The notes beneath the pieces are model-generated. The model had not been told where the DNA came from. It did no database searches and saw only the letters and a list, made by a program, of their open reading frames with translations. Below are positions 34,446-47,401 of a stretch of DNA of 64,000 nucleotides, piece by piece. A program made the position numbers and the translations under genes. The stretch comes from Azolla caroliniana (Eukaryota > Plantae > Polypodiophyta), in the NCBI GenBank assembly GCA_043228905.1, contig JBHGNT010000009.1:13516001-13580000 (forward strand), written 5' to 3'. Every line of letters starts with the position of its first letter. Position 1 is the first letter of the stretch.

Positions 34446-37019
34446 AACCGGAGGAAGAGACATATTCGTAAATATGTTTTTGAGAGCCCATCGAGGCTAT
34501 ATTTGTAAATAGCTGAAAAGTCATATTAGTATAAATATGACTTAGGGCAAATATGTGGTTATGTAGTTGTTCATTTTCTTGTTGGTGCAAGAAAAGAGAG
34601 TGTGTGTGTAACTGTACAGAGAGAGAGAGAGAGAGAGAGAGAAAGAGGTCGTTGCCTCTGTTGTAACCGCCGCCTGTGGCGGAGATTTGTGAGCACGAGG
34701 TCGGTGCCTCAGTGAACTCACTGTTGTATATTCTTACATAGTGACAGTTTGCAACCTGTGGGCTACCGTGGTTTTTTCCCCTAGCTTGGGGTTTTCCACG
34801 TAAACCTCCTGTGTATCTTCCTCTTCTTCTTGTCGTGTTTTATTTCCCGTTTTCTGTGTATCATTCTAAGCTCGGTTGTGGCCGAGCGTTGCGCATAAGG
34901 AACGACCAGTTCCCGACAGAACGGTGGCTTCTCCCCGGTTTAGATCGCCATCCTGATTGGCCCGTACCATTGTGCTAGACCACCAAAGCAGATTTGTACC
35001 ATTTCATCTTCATCCACCGTCACATTCATGGATCCGAGCACGTAAAAAATCTCCTTTATTTTAGTGTTGTACTCCACTACCGACATATCTCTCTGCCAGA
35101 TGTTGTTCAGCTCTTGCGGGAGCTGCAACTAACGGGTTGTGGTACTTGCGACAAAAATCTTCCGAAGATTTTCCCAGGCCTCCTTTGGCATTTTTGCATC
35201 CTTCATGTAGCCGAGCATCTGATCATGCACACAGGATGCGAGGCAGTACAACGCTCTGCTTGCTCCTTGTTCCCATACTGGGAAGTCCTTGTGTGCCGGT
35301 TCCAGTGCTACATTGTTCGTTCTTTCCACATAGCTCCAGTAACCATGCCCTAATAGGTACTGGTGCATTTTATATGACCAGGATGCATAGTTGCTCCGCT
35401 CAATCTTTTTTGTGGGAAGCGAACTTACCATACCGTTGTCCATCTTAGTTCTCTTTTGTTCTTCACCGGGTGTTAGGGATTGTCTTCGAAAGCATCTGTC
35501 GGCTGCAGAGGAGTCTCAACCCTCGCGCTCTACTATGAGGAAGCGTATGACAAACCGGCTTAGCCGGATTCCAACAGAATGTAGAGAAGAAATGTATATG
35601 GTTATCTAGACCACGTTAGCGTAGTAGAACCTAGGGATGCTTTTCTCCTCCAGCATTACCCTTGCCGCTCGATAATCGATCGGTTCTTTCTCTCAACCAC
35701 ACCGTTTTGTTTCGGTGTGTATCGGCAGTTGAATTCTCTCCGAATTCCTTTTTGCTACGGATAATTGTTCAATTCGTTGGAAAAGTATTCTTTTCCGCCA
35801 TCCAACCGGAAGTACTTGATCTTTCTTTCTGTTTCCCGCTCGAATAGGCTTTGTAGATTCCGGAAACAGTCAAAGACTTCACTTTTCCTCTCAATGAGGT
35901 AGATGCATGTGTGCCGGCTATAGTCGTCGATAAAGGAGACGAAATACCGACTCCCGCCAAGACTAACATTCTGTGTTGGTCCCCATACATCCAAATGGAT
36001 TAAGTCAAGCTTGTTACGGATTTGGTTTTGTTCGGTGGGGAATGTATGCCGATGTTGCGTCCCGAGTTGGCAGGCTTCACATATTTTGCCATTCCGGCCA
36101 CTGAATTTCGGCAATCCAAGAACAACTAGTTTCGATTGTAGGTCTTGAAGCCTCCGGTAGTTGAAGTGGCCAATCCGCTTGTGCCAAAGATCGATGTCCG
36201 ATTCAGTCTTCTATCCTTTGGCAAACAAGGTGGTTCCTACGTCATTGGTGTTCAGGATGAACATCCTCCTGTCTCTGCGCCCTTGTGTGATTAGCGGGCC
36301 CTCTTCCTCGATGAAGCACCTGAGGTGCATAAACCGCACCTGCATTCCCTGGTCGAGGATTCGTTCTAACGACACCAGGTTCATGGTGATTGTCGAAACG
36401 TGAAGTACTTTCATTAGCTTTCCATTTTGTCCGACATGGCTTGAAGGGACTTCTCCAACATGCACAATCGGGTGAGGGGTGTCGTCTCTAGTTTCGACAA
36501 ATCCCGGTTGTTCTGGTTTCTCTAAAAATGAGAACCACACTTCATGGCTCGTCATGTCATTAGATGCTCCGGAATCAACGGACCACACTTCCTCCGATTC
36601 GGAAGTGGTCTTCTTCATCGAGATCACCTTGTGCTTCATCACGAAGGTGGGCCCTTTACTAGTCTTTTCGGTTTCGGATCCTTCCAATCCTTCTGCATAG
36701 AGCAAGCTTTGTAGGTGTCCCTATCCGGCCTTGCCGGATCCGTATTTTTCCGAATCGGAGCACTTCTTCCAACACTCGCTTTCTCTATGGATTTTCTTGC
36801 CACAATACCAACATTCCGTGTCGGCCTTTCCTTGCCAGTTTTCGGCGCCGTTTTGACTCCCCCTGCTCGTGGAGGGTCCGGAACTACTGTTGGCACTGTC
36901 TCGGTACCTTCGATTCTGCTCTTCCCGGCCGCCTCTATTGCGTGCTGACCCACCTTCTCCTCCACGTTGACTTGTCCGGTCCACCTCCGTGTACAACATC
37001 CGATTGTCCGGTTGAGTGT

Positions 37020-37455
37020 TGTAAAAGAATACGTGTGCGGAAGCGTAAGCGTAAGACACTAAGTACATGGTTCAGAAGTACAACAGTTCGGTAAAAAAGA
37101 TAGAAATCATAGAGAAAGAGAGGGGGAGAGAGAGAGAGAGAGAGAGAGAGCAGAAAACGTAACTATATTAAAAAATAATCCTCTATATGTTCTCTATACA
37201 TATTTCATGCTCAGTGAGCACCTTTTATCCAAGCCCCGACTATTGGGTTGACACAAGTACAGTCAGTACTTGACTGCTCATAAATGAGCCTTCTACACTA
37301 ACTCCCAAAACTATTGCTTACGAGGAATACCATTCGAATGGCCTCTCGGTTTGAACACCGCCACGACCATATTTTGCATACGGTTTTATGCACCTAGTCT
37401 ACATATTGGGTTACACATCCATTTACGCACCCAATGTTGAGCTTGTCTCTCAACA
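37020..37455 (-). repeat. Solo LTR of the C family (436 bp)
   Basis: TGTAAAAGAA...CTCTCAACA with TSD AGTGT/GGTGT. The empty site matches the homologous gag at ~29005-29030. Confidence 0.88.
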
Positions 37456-39745
37456 GGTGTTCCTCGACCCACTCGTGTGGTTTTCTTGGACCATCAGCAT
37501 CGATTGCAAGTCGAAGAAGGACGGTGGCTTCTCCTGGCTTCAAATCACCGTCCAGATTGGCCCGTACCGTTGTGCTAGGCCACCAAAGCAGTTTTGTACC
37601 ATTTTGTTTTCGTCCACAATCACATTGATGGACCCAAGCGCATCACAAATGTCCTTTATTTTGGGGGTGTACTCTGTAAACCGGATGTTGTTCAGCTCTT
37701 GATGGAGCTGCAACTTTCAAGATGTGGTACTTGCGGCGAAAATCGTCCAAAGATTTTCCCATGCCTCCTTTGGCGTTTTGGCATCCTTGATCTAGCCAAG
37801 CATCTTATCGCGCACACAGGATGCGAGGAAGTACAACACTCTGCTCACTCATTGTTCTCATGCAGGGAAGTCCTTCTGTGCCGGCTCTGGCGCTACATTG
37901 TTCGTTCCTTCCCCAATAGGTACTAATGTATTTTATATGTGAAAAGAATGGCGTGCGGAAGCAATATATGAAACCGAACAATAGAGAACACAGGTTTTAT
38001 GGAAAGCTTAGGTTTACACAGTACGCACGGGGGAGACAAAGAGAGAACACACAGAAAAAAAAATCAATTAAAGAAACTAACACTCTGTACATACATCGCG
38101 CGCAGTGAGCACCTTTTATACAAGCCCTGACAATGGGCTGACACAAGTACTGACAGTACTTGAGTGCTCATAAATGAGCCTCGACTCTTACTCCCAAAAC
38201 TATTCACTACGAGGAATATCTCTCTAACGGCCTTTCGGTTTACGCACCGGTTTGCGTATCTGTTTTACGCACCGGTCCGGCCTAACCGATCCGGTCCTCG
38301 GCTTGCTCAGCCGATCCGGCCGATGTTGAGCTTGTCTCTCAACACTCCCCCTCAAGCTCAACTTGAGGCTCTTCAGGATCTTCTGGATCACTGCTTTGGT
38401 TCCTCCTGGGTCCACACCTCGCTCGCGCTCCTCGACCTGTTCGACTCCGCGCGCTTCGACCCTTTCGGTTGGCCTGTCTACTCCCATGGCCCTTCACAGC
38501 TCCCTTGCTATCGCGGTGTTGGCGCTTCTCATACTACCTTCTTTTCCGCTTGGCCCTCCGTTGATTCAGTGTATCCGAATCAAACATCCGAACCGACTCA
38601 GCTACCCCCGATTGGTTTTCACTCTCATCCGAGTTGGCTGTCTCCAACTCGTCTTCGGTCTTCTTGCCCTTGACGACGTCATCTCCCCCATGCTTGGTTG
38701 GCTTCGGCTCATCCATTCGGTTGCTCCCCTTATGTCCGCTTTTGGAATTCTTCCTCAGATTCTGCAGCCAATCCGAAGTCGAATTCGTCATTCAACTCGG
38801 TGTCGCGGCCTCTTCCACTCCCTTCCTTCTCCCTTGCTTGGTTTTTCGAGACTGTTCTCCCCCTCAAGTTTGGCATGTCGAGGTGACGCAACCCAAGCGC
38901 ACCTGAGAACTACTGCAACTTGTCCAGACCAAGGGGCTTGGTGAAGATGTCGGCGGTTTGCCGATCCGTCGGAACATACTGAAGTTCGACTTCACCATAA
39001 AGGACACGCTCACGGACAAAATAGTAGTGCACCTCAATGTGCTTGGTCTGTGAGTGGAAAACGGGGTTCTTCGCGAGCTGGATGCTACCGAGGTTGTTGC
39101 AGTAGATCGTCGTCGGATCAGACACCTGCTCTTGAAGGTCCTTAAGTAGCCGCTTCAACCATATGGCTTCGCATGTTGCGAGAGCCACTCCTCGGTACTT
39201 AGCTTCGGTGCTCGACAGTGCAACTATCGGCTGCTTCTTACTGCACCACGCTATCGCGGCACTCCGAAGAGAGAACGCGTATCCGGACGTGGATCGGCAA
39301 TCAGCGGCGTTGCCAGCCCAATCAACATCAGTGTAGCCGACCAACTGCGAGGCTGTACCACTCCGATATAGCAGTCCCCGGTCCTTAGTGCCGCTTACAT
39401 ACCACAGTACACATTGCGCACACTGAAGGTGCTCCTCGGTAGGTCGTGCCATGAACTGATTGATCACCTCGACTGGATAACTGAGATCAGGTCGGGTGAT
39501 TGTCAAGTAGATAAGGCTTCCGACAATTTGTCAGAACCTCGTCGGGTCGCATACCTTTCCGGAATTGGGGCGAAGCTTGGTGGTTCTATCCAGAGGAGTC
39601 GAGACGGACTTACAGTCGGCCATCCCGAATTTGAAGAGCATATTCAACGCGTAATGACGTTGGTTGATCAGTATGCCTTTGGGGGTGCGGATCACCTCGA
39701 TCTCGAGGAAGTAATAAAGGTCCCCCAGATCCTTCATGTCGAATG

Positions 39746-42700
39746 TGTTGGGATTACGGTCCCTCCGGATGGGATGGTCAGATGTCCGGGAATCGGGAAT
39801 GAAGACCCGAATGAGGAGTACCCGGTATCGGAACCGGATGATGAAGACCCGGTTTCGGATCCGGATGATGAAGACCCCGGCTACGGAGCCGGATGACGAA
39901 TGTACCCGGAGAGAGATCCGGATGCGGGGACATACTTGTGAATATGTTTGCCAAGGGCCCTCTAGGCTATATTTGTAAATAGCCCGAAAGTCATATGTGT
40001 ATAAATATGACTTAGGGCAAACAGTTTTGTGGTTGTTGCTCATTTTTCTGTTTTCCACTTAGAGGGAGCGAAGTGAGAGCAGCCGAGAGAGAGAGTGAGA
40101 GAGAGAGAAAGGAAGAGGTCGACGCCTCTATGTAATACCGCCGCCTGTGGCGAGGAGAGCGAGCTCAAGGTCGTCGCCTTGCAGCTCGCCATTGTACATT
40201 CCCTGCGTATAGTGATATTTGGAGTCTTGCACTCCCGTGGTTTTTCCCGTCTAGGGTTTTCGACGCTAAACCCTGTGCATTCGAGTCTCTCTCTGTGTTT
40301 TCGATTTACTGCTGCATTGACTCGTGTTTCCTCGGTTGTGGCCGAGAGGTGAAGGTTTTGAAAGCGTCAATTTCTAACAATCTGGTATCAGAGCGACCGC
40401 AGTGCAGAAAATGGAAGGCGGCAACAGCAGGCAGCCGGGGATGATGGTGCTAAATGCGCAGAACTACGCCGACTGGAAGATAAAGATGGAGGATCTGCTC
40501 ATTGTTCGGGACCTGTATGAACCGATCGACAGGTCGGAAATACCCAAGGGGGTACTTGAGACGGAATGGAGGCTTCTGAACCGGAAAGCCGTTGCAACCA
40601 TTCGGCAATACGTCGACGTGAGCGTTCTACAACATGTGGCGAACGACACCAACGCATATGAGATGTGGCAGAAGCTGTCGGGCCTCTACGAGAGGAAGAA
40701 TGCGTTGAACCGGACCTCCCTGATGAGGAAGATAGTGAACCTCAAGTACCGGGACGGTGAGAGTATGGTGGAACACGTAAGCACGTTCATGGGATTCGTG
40801 AACCAGCTTGCGGCGATCAAGTTCCCGTTGGAGGATGCAATGCAAGCCATCATGCTGATGTGTACATTGCTGGAAAGCTGGGAGAACTTGGTGGTGACTC
40901 TCAGCACCTCCTGCACCGAAGATAACTTGTCCCTACAAACGGTAAAGACAAGCATTTTGAACGAAGAAGCGCGTCGGAGAGATAAAGAACCGGCCTCCGA
41001 TCCGAAGATGCTGCTTACCGAATCGGATCGGGGAAGACAACGGAACCGGAGTCCGCAAAGACGGGAGAAGTCGGGGACCCGGTCGCAGTCAAGAGGAAGG
41101 CCCACATGCTTCCACTGTGGGAAGCTGGGGCACTTCCGAAAGAATTGTCGGCATTACCGAAAAGACAACGGAGCCAACGACACCGATTCGAAGAAGTCTT
41201 CGGAACGGAACGGTGCTTACCGGGGAGCCACGGACCGGAATGGTTCGGATCGGCGAGGGCAGGACCGGAAAGGAACGACGGCACTCGCGGCAAGTGAAGA
41301 GGAGATCATGCTCATCACCGAAGAAGGTGAACTAAACATTGCCGGCGATGAGACTACCTGGGTGGTCGATTCCGGAGCGTCGTTCCACCTGACCCCGGAA
41401 AGAAGATACTTCTCATCCTACACAGCCGGTGAGCATGGCTGTGTTCGGATGGGAAATGAAGGTACGTGCCGGATTTCCGGCATAGGAGACGTGTGGTTGA
41501 CAACCTCGACCGGATGCAAAATATTGCTGAAGGATGTCCGACACGTTCCGGAGGTTCGATTGAACCTGATTTCGGCCGGGAGGCTAGACGATGAAGGCTA
41601 CACAGGTAGCATCCGGAACTGCGTAATGAAGTTCAGCAAGGGGAGCCTGATAGTGGCTCGGGCCCGGAAAGTCAACACATTGTACCTTATGAATGCCTGG
41701 TTGTGTCCGGAGGAGTTGAACGTGGCAGCCGACACTGCCGGTGAGCTGTGGCACAAGAGACTGTGCCACATGAGTGAGAAGGGGATGAAGAGGCTTGCAG
41801 AAGACAACCTTATTCCAGTGAAGCATGTGCACCTGGAGAAGTGCACCGATTGCCTGGCCGGTAAGCAGAACCGAACCTCCTTCCACTCAAGGCCACCGAC
41901 GAGACGTAGCGCACCATTGGAGTTGGTGCACACTGACGTGTGTCAAGTAGAAACAAAGTCACATGGCGGAGCCCAGTACTTCGTGACATTCATTGATGAC
42001 CACAGCCGGAAGCTGTGGACGGCACCATTGAAGACAAAGGACCAAGTGTTGTGCGTCTTCAAAGAACTCCACGCGAGAGTGGAAAGGGAATCCGGCAAGA
42101 AGCTGAAAGCGATACGAGCGGATAACGGAGGGGAATACCGGGGGCAGTTCGAGGAGTACTGTCGCTCGAAGGGAATCCGGCTTGAGTTTACTGTGCCGAA
42201 GACGCCGAAACTGAACGGGCTGGCCGAGAGGATGAACCGGACCATAATGGAGAGGGTCCGGAGTATGCTGGCGCATGCGAAATTACCCAAGGGGTTTTGG
42301 GCTGAGGCAATGTCGACGGCGACATACGTGATAAACAGATCACCCTCAGTACCTTTGGACGGAGACACGCCGCAGAGAGTGTGGACCGGTAGGGAAGTAT
42401 CCTACCGGCATCTGAAGGTGTTCGGGTGTCTCGCATATGTGCATGTGGCAAAGGACCGGAGAGGAAAGCTAGATCCAAAGACCCGGCCATGCATATTCCT
42501 CGGTTACGGCGATGACGAGTTCGGCTACCGAGTATGGGACCCGGTCGACAAAAAGATATTCCGGAGTCGTGATATCATCTTCATGGAGGACAAGACACTC
42601 GCCGACTGGGAGTCGGAGAAGAAGATGAAGAGCTCCAAGTCGACCGGTGAGGATCAACTCTACGAGGAGCAGTCCCGACCGGCAAGGGACCGGTTAGCAC

Positions 42701-45128
42701 TCGAGGATCCAGCCGAAGACGGTGAAGAAACAGAACCGGCCGAGGAAGATGAAACTGATACCGGAACCAGCCCCGATCCCGAAATGGATTCGGATGAAGT
42801 GGAAACGGAGGAGCCGGTTACCAAAGCTCCGGAACGGAGATATCCTCTAAGAGAGAGAAGGCCCCCCCGGAGATTTCCGGAACCAGAGCACGTGCTGCTA
42901 ACCGACGAGGGGGAGCCGGAGAGTTTTGAAGAAGCAAAGCTTGACACCCATAGCCGCAGGTGGTTAAGTGCCATGCAGGAGGAGATGGATTCCCTGCATG
43001 AGAACCACACATATGAACTTGTGGAGTTGCCGAAAGGAAAGCGGGCACTTCGAAACAAGTGGGTGTTCAAGCTGAAACCGAGAGATGCCGGAAACCCCCC
43101 GAGATACAAAGCCAGGATCGTGGTGAAGGGGTTCCAGCAGAAGAAGGGCGTCGACTTCGACGAGATATTTGCCCCGGTAGTGAAGATGACCTCCATCCGG
43201 ACGGTGCTGAGCATAGCGGCAAGCATGGACCTCGAGGTAGAACAGATGGACGTGAAGACGGCATTCCTTCACGGTGACCTCGAAGAAGAGATCTACATGC
43301 AGCAACCGGAAGGATTCGAGAAGAAAGGGAAGGAGCACCTGGTATGCCGGTTGAAGAAGAGCCTTTACGGACTGAAGCAGGCTCCCCGGCAATGGTACCG
43401 GAAGTTCGACTCTTTCATGACCGACGAAGGGTACCACAAAACGCAGTCCGATCACTGCGTGTTTGTGAAGAAGTTCGAAGGAGGAGACTTTCTAATACTC
43501 CTCCTGTACGTGGACGACATGTTGATCGTCGGACGGGACCAGGGCAAGATACGGATGCTGAAGAAAGCGCTTCACCGAACCTTCTCAATGAAGGACCTGG
43601 GTCCGGCGAGGCAAATACTAGGGATGCACAACATCCGGGACCGGAAGAAGAAGCAGTTGTGGCTGTCACAGGAGAAGTACGTGACAAAGGTGCTTCACCA
43701 GTTCAACATGTCGGAAGCAAGACCGGTCGGGTCAACCCTCCCGGCAAACTGCAAGCTGTCCAGCAAGCAAAGCCCCAAGACAAAGGCTGAGAAGGAGGAC
43801 ATGATGAAAGTACCATATGCCTCTGCCGTCGGAAGCTTGATGTACGCAATGGTGTGTACAAGACCGGACATAGGATATGCAGTCGGAGTGGTGAGCCGGT
43901 ACATGAGCAATCCCGGCAAAGAGCACTGGAATGCGGCCAAGTGGATACTCCGATACCTGAAGGGCACGGCAAACGTGTGCCTCTGATTCGGCTCCGGTAA
44001 GCCCGAACTCGACGGCTTTACCGATTCGGATATGTCGGCTGATGCAGATACCAGCCGGTCCACATCAGGGTATGTGATGACGTATGCAGGGGGAGCTGTT
44101 TCGTGGCAGTCGAGGCTGCAGAAGACGGTTGCGTTGTCAACCACGGAGGCGGAGTACATGGCGGCTGTTGAAGCCGGCAAGGAAATAATATGGATGAAGG
44201 ACTTCATTAGAGAGCTCGGTATCCGGCAGGAGGAGTACCGACTCTACTGCGACAATAAGAGTGCCATCCACCTTGCGAAGAATGCGGCCTATCACTCCCG
44301 GACGAAGCACATCCAGCGAAGATATCACTGGATCTTGGAAAGGATAGAAGACCAAGAGTTCGTGCTGACGAAGATCCACACGGACGAGAACGGGTCAGAT
44401 ATGCTGACCAAAGTGCTCACACCCGACAAGCTGGAAGCGTGCCGGAAGAGGGTCGGACTGGAAAGACATCCCATGCCGAAGTGAAGGGGGAGTTTGTTGG
44501 GATTACGGTCCCTCCGGATGGGATGGTCAGATGTCCGGGAATCGGGAATGAAGACCCGAATGAGGAGTACCCGGTATCGGAACCGGATGATGAAGACCCG
44601 GTTTCGGATCCGGATGATGAAGACCCCGGCTACGGAGCCGGATGACGAATGTACCCGGAGAGAGATCCGGATGCGGGGACATACTTGTGAATATGTTTGC
44701 CAAGGGCCCTCTTGGCTATATTTGTAAATAGCCCGAAAGTCATATGTGTATAAATATGACTTAGGGCAAACAGTTTTGTGGTTGTTGCTCATTTTTCTGT
44801 TTTCCACTTAGAGGGAGCGAAGTGAGAGCAGCCGAGAGAGAGAGTGAGAGAGAGAGAAAGGAAGAGGTCGACGCCTCTGTATAATACCGCCGCCTGTGGC
44901 GAGGACAGCGAGCTCAAGGTCGTCGCCTTGCAGCTCGCCATTGTACATTCCCTGCGTATAGTGATAGTTGGAGTCTTGCACTCCCGTGGTTTTTCCCGTC
45001 TAGGGTTTTCCACGCTAAACCCTGTGCATTCGAGTCTCTCTCTGTGTTTTCGATTTACTGATGCATTGACTCGTGTTTCCTCGGTTGTGGCCGAGAGGTG
45101 AAGGTTTTGAAAGCGTCAATTTCTAACA
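39746..45128 (+). mobile_element. Element D: young, nearly intact Tork/Tnt1-like Copia (5383 bp)
   Basis: 634-bp LTRs 39746-40379 and 44495-45128 (about 7 mismatches by eye), perfect TSD GAATG, PBS 40383-40394, PPT 44483-44492. Confidence 0.98.
40411..44484 (+). pseudogene. gag-pol polyprotein of D with a single premature TGA (43984-43986, likely CGA>TGA)
   Basis: ORFs 40402..43986 and 44032..44484 share one frame and carry full gag-PR-IN-RT-RH motifs. Confidence 0.95.
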
Positions 45129-47401
45129 GAATGATGCCGCAAGCTGGAGCTTCACGCGGTCGATTTCACCTTGGTCGGCGCCGGCGCTGACCAAGTCATC
45201 AACATATAGTAAAATACTGATCGGACCGAGTCGACCTTTTCAGATGAACAGTGAAGGGTCCGATTTTGACGTTGCAAAGCCCATCCGACACAGTTGCTGC
45301 GTGATCTTCGTGTTCCAGGCACGCGGGGCTTGCTTCAGTCCGTAAAGGGACTTCTTCAATCGGCACACTACCGACGTGTTCGTTCCGGAGTGAAATCCGG
45401 GGGGCTATACCATGTACACCTGTTCCTCAAGCTCACCTTGCAGGAACTCATTCTTTACATCCATCTGATGTAAGTGCCACCCCTTTGCCGCAGCTACCGC
45501 GAGAGAAACACAGATGGTCGTCATCTTCGCGACCGGGGCAAACGTCTCATCGTAGTCGATGCCGCATTTCTGCGCGTAGCCTTTTGCCACTAACCGGGCC
45601 TTGTATCGGTTGACAGAGCCGTCAGTGTTGTACTTGAGCTTGTACACCCACGTACATCCGATCGGCTTCACACCCTTCGGTGCATCAACCAGGTCCCAGG
45701 TCTCATTTTCCACCAAGGCGTGCATCTCTCCCTCCATCGCGGCGTGCCAATTCGCATCCTCAGTTGCTTCTGCGTAGCTCTCCGGCTCACGCACTTCGGC
45801 TACATGGGTCATGTACGCATAATGATGCGCCATGTACTCGTTGTATACGAACCACACAACTGGGTTCTTCTGGCTGGTAGATCGGCGTAATCGGTCATTA
45901 GCCGATGTCGAGGTCTTCTCGGCCGACGCGGACTTCGCTCTTGAAGATCCGTCACCACTTCCCTCAGAGTCGGACTCGTGTCGGTCTGACTCGTTCCTAT
46001 CTGTGTTGTAATCCAACACCTTCTTCTTCCCTTTTTCCTTGCGCATAAGCCGTCTCCTCGGCTTCCGGCACGGGGAATGCACGGCCGAGTCTCCACTACT
46101 CGCCGGCTCTTCATCGAACTGGTCGAACCGACCCAGTCGTCCATTCGGTCCGCTTAACTGAAATGAAATCAGACTCTGTTCGCGGGTCCCGATTTCAGGC
46201 TCATTCAAAGGCAACTCGGCTTCACTGACTTCACCGTCAGAACTTGGATTGGAGATGAGGTCCGGAGTCGGGGGCAAGTACCAGGACGCGGACTCATCAA
46301 ACACAATGTCGTGGCTCACGCGTGCTTGTTTGGTGCGAGGGTTGTAACACTTATAACCCTTCTGCTCGTCCGAAAAGCCGACCAAGATACATTTTCGGCC
46401 TTTACGTCCAACTTCCTCCGTTTCTCCTTCGGCACATGCACACACACAATGCTACCGAAAACTCGTAAGTGTCGCAAGTTCGGCTTCGTTCTGGAATATA
46501 GCTCGTGCGTCGACACTTTGTCTCCGATCCGATTCTAGATGTATACCGCGGTTCGTACTGCCTCAACCCAATAGAACTTGGGCAAGCTCTTTTCTTCTAG
46601 CATTGCCCGCGCCGCTTCCACAATCGACCGATTCTTCCTCTCGGCCACGCCGTTTTGCTCCGGCGTGTATCTACAACTGAATTTGTGCCGAATTCCCATC
46701 TGTTGTAGATAACCATTGAATTGACCGGAAAAGTACTCTTTTCCGCCATCCGAGCGCAGTTACTTGATCTTTCTTCCTGTTTCCGTTTCCACGAACCCTT
46801 TGAGGTCCCGGAAATAGTCGAACACTTCGCTCTTCCTCTAAACGAGGTAGATCCACGTGTGCCGCGTGTAGTCGTCGATGAAGGAGACGAAATATCGGCT
46901 CCCGCCAAGACTAACGTTTTGTGTCGGCCCCCACACATCGGAGTGTATCAAGTCGAGCTTGTTCCAGCTCTGGTTACGCTCGTTCGGGAAGGGAAGTCGG
47001 TGTTGCTTCCCAAGCTGGCAGGCTTCGCAAATTTGTGCCTTCCGGCCACTAAATTTGGGCAATCCGAACACCACCTGTTTTGATTGCAGGTCCTAAACCC
47101 GCTGGTAGTTGACGTGGTGGCCTATCCGCTTGTGCCATAAGTCGATGTCCGACTCGACTTTTTGTCCCTTCGCGAACATTGTGGTGCCACCATCAGTAGA
47201 GTCGAGGATGAACATCCTCCCATCTCTGCGCCCTTGCGCAATAACACAACCTTCTTCCTCAATGAAGCACCCGAGGTGTGTAAACCGGACCTCCATCCCT
47301 TCGCCGACGATCTGTCCGACCGACACCAAGTTCTTCGTGATTGTCAGGACATGTAACACGTTCATGAGTTCCCCTTTCTGCTCGGCATGGCTCAAGGGAA
47401 C

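Larger units (their letters stand above)
29071..34918 (+). mobile_element. Element F: full-length decayed Ty1/Copia, Tork/Tnt1-like
   Basis: LTRs 29071-30012 and 34099-34918, PBS TGGTATCAGAGC 30015-30026 (tRNA-iMet), PPT GAAGGGGGAG 34087-34096, TSD GGACG/GAACG. Confidence 0.95.
16626..35595 (-). mobile_element. Element C-c: decayed Ty1/Copia (C family) interrupted by P2, a Gypsy RT fragment and element F; both LTRs largely deleted
   Basis: RH 16800-17400 (KHIEVHYHFV), RT 25635-26075, IN/PR 26934-29065, gag 34924-35443 (SSLPTKKIERSNYASWSYKMHQYLLGHGYW), LTR remnant ~35535-35595. Linking the 16.6-17.4 kb piece to the rest is inferred. Confidence 0.75.
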
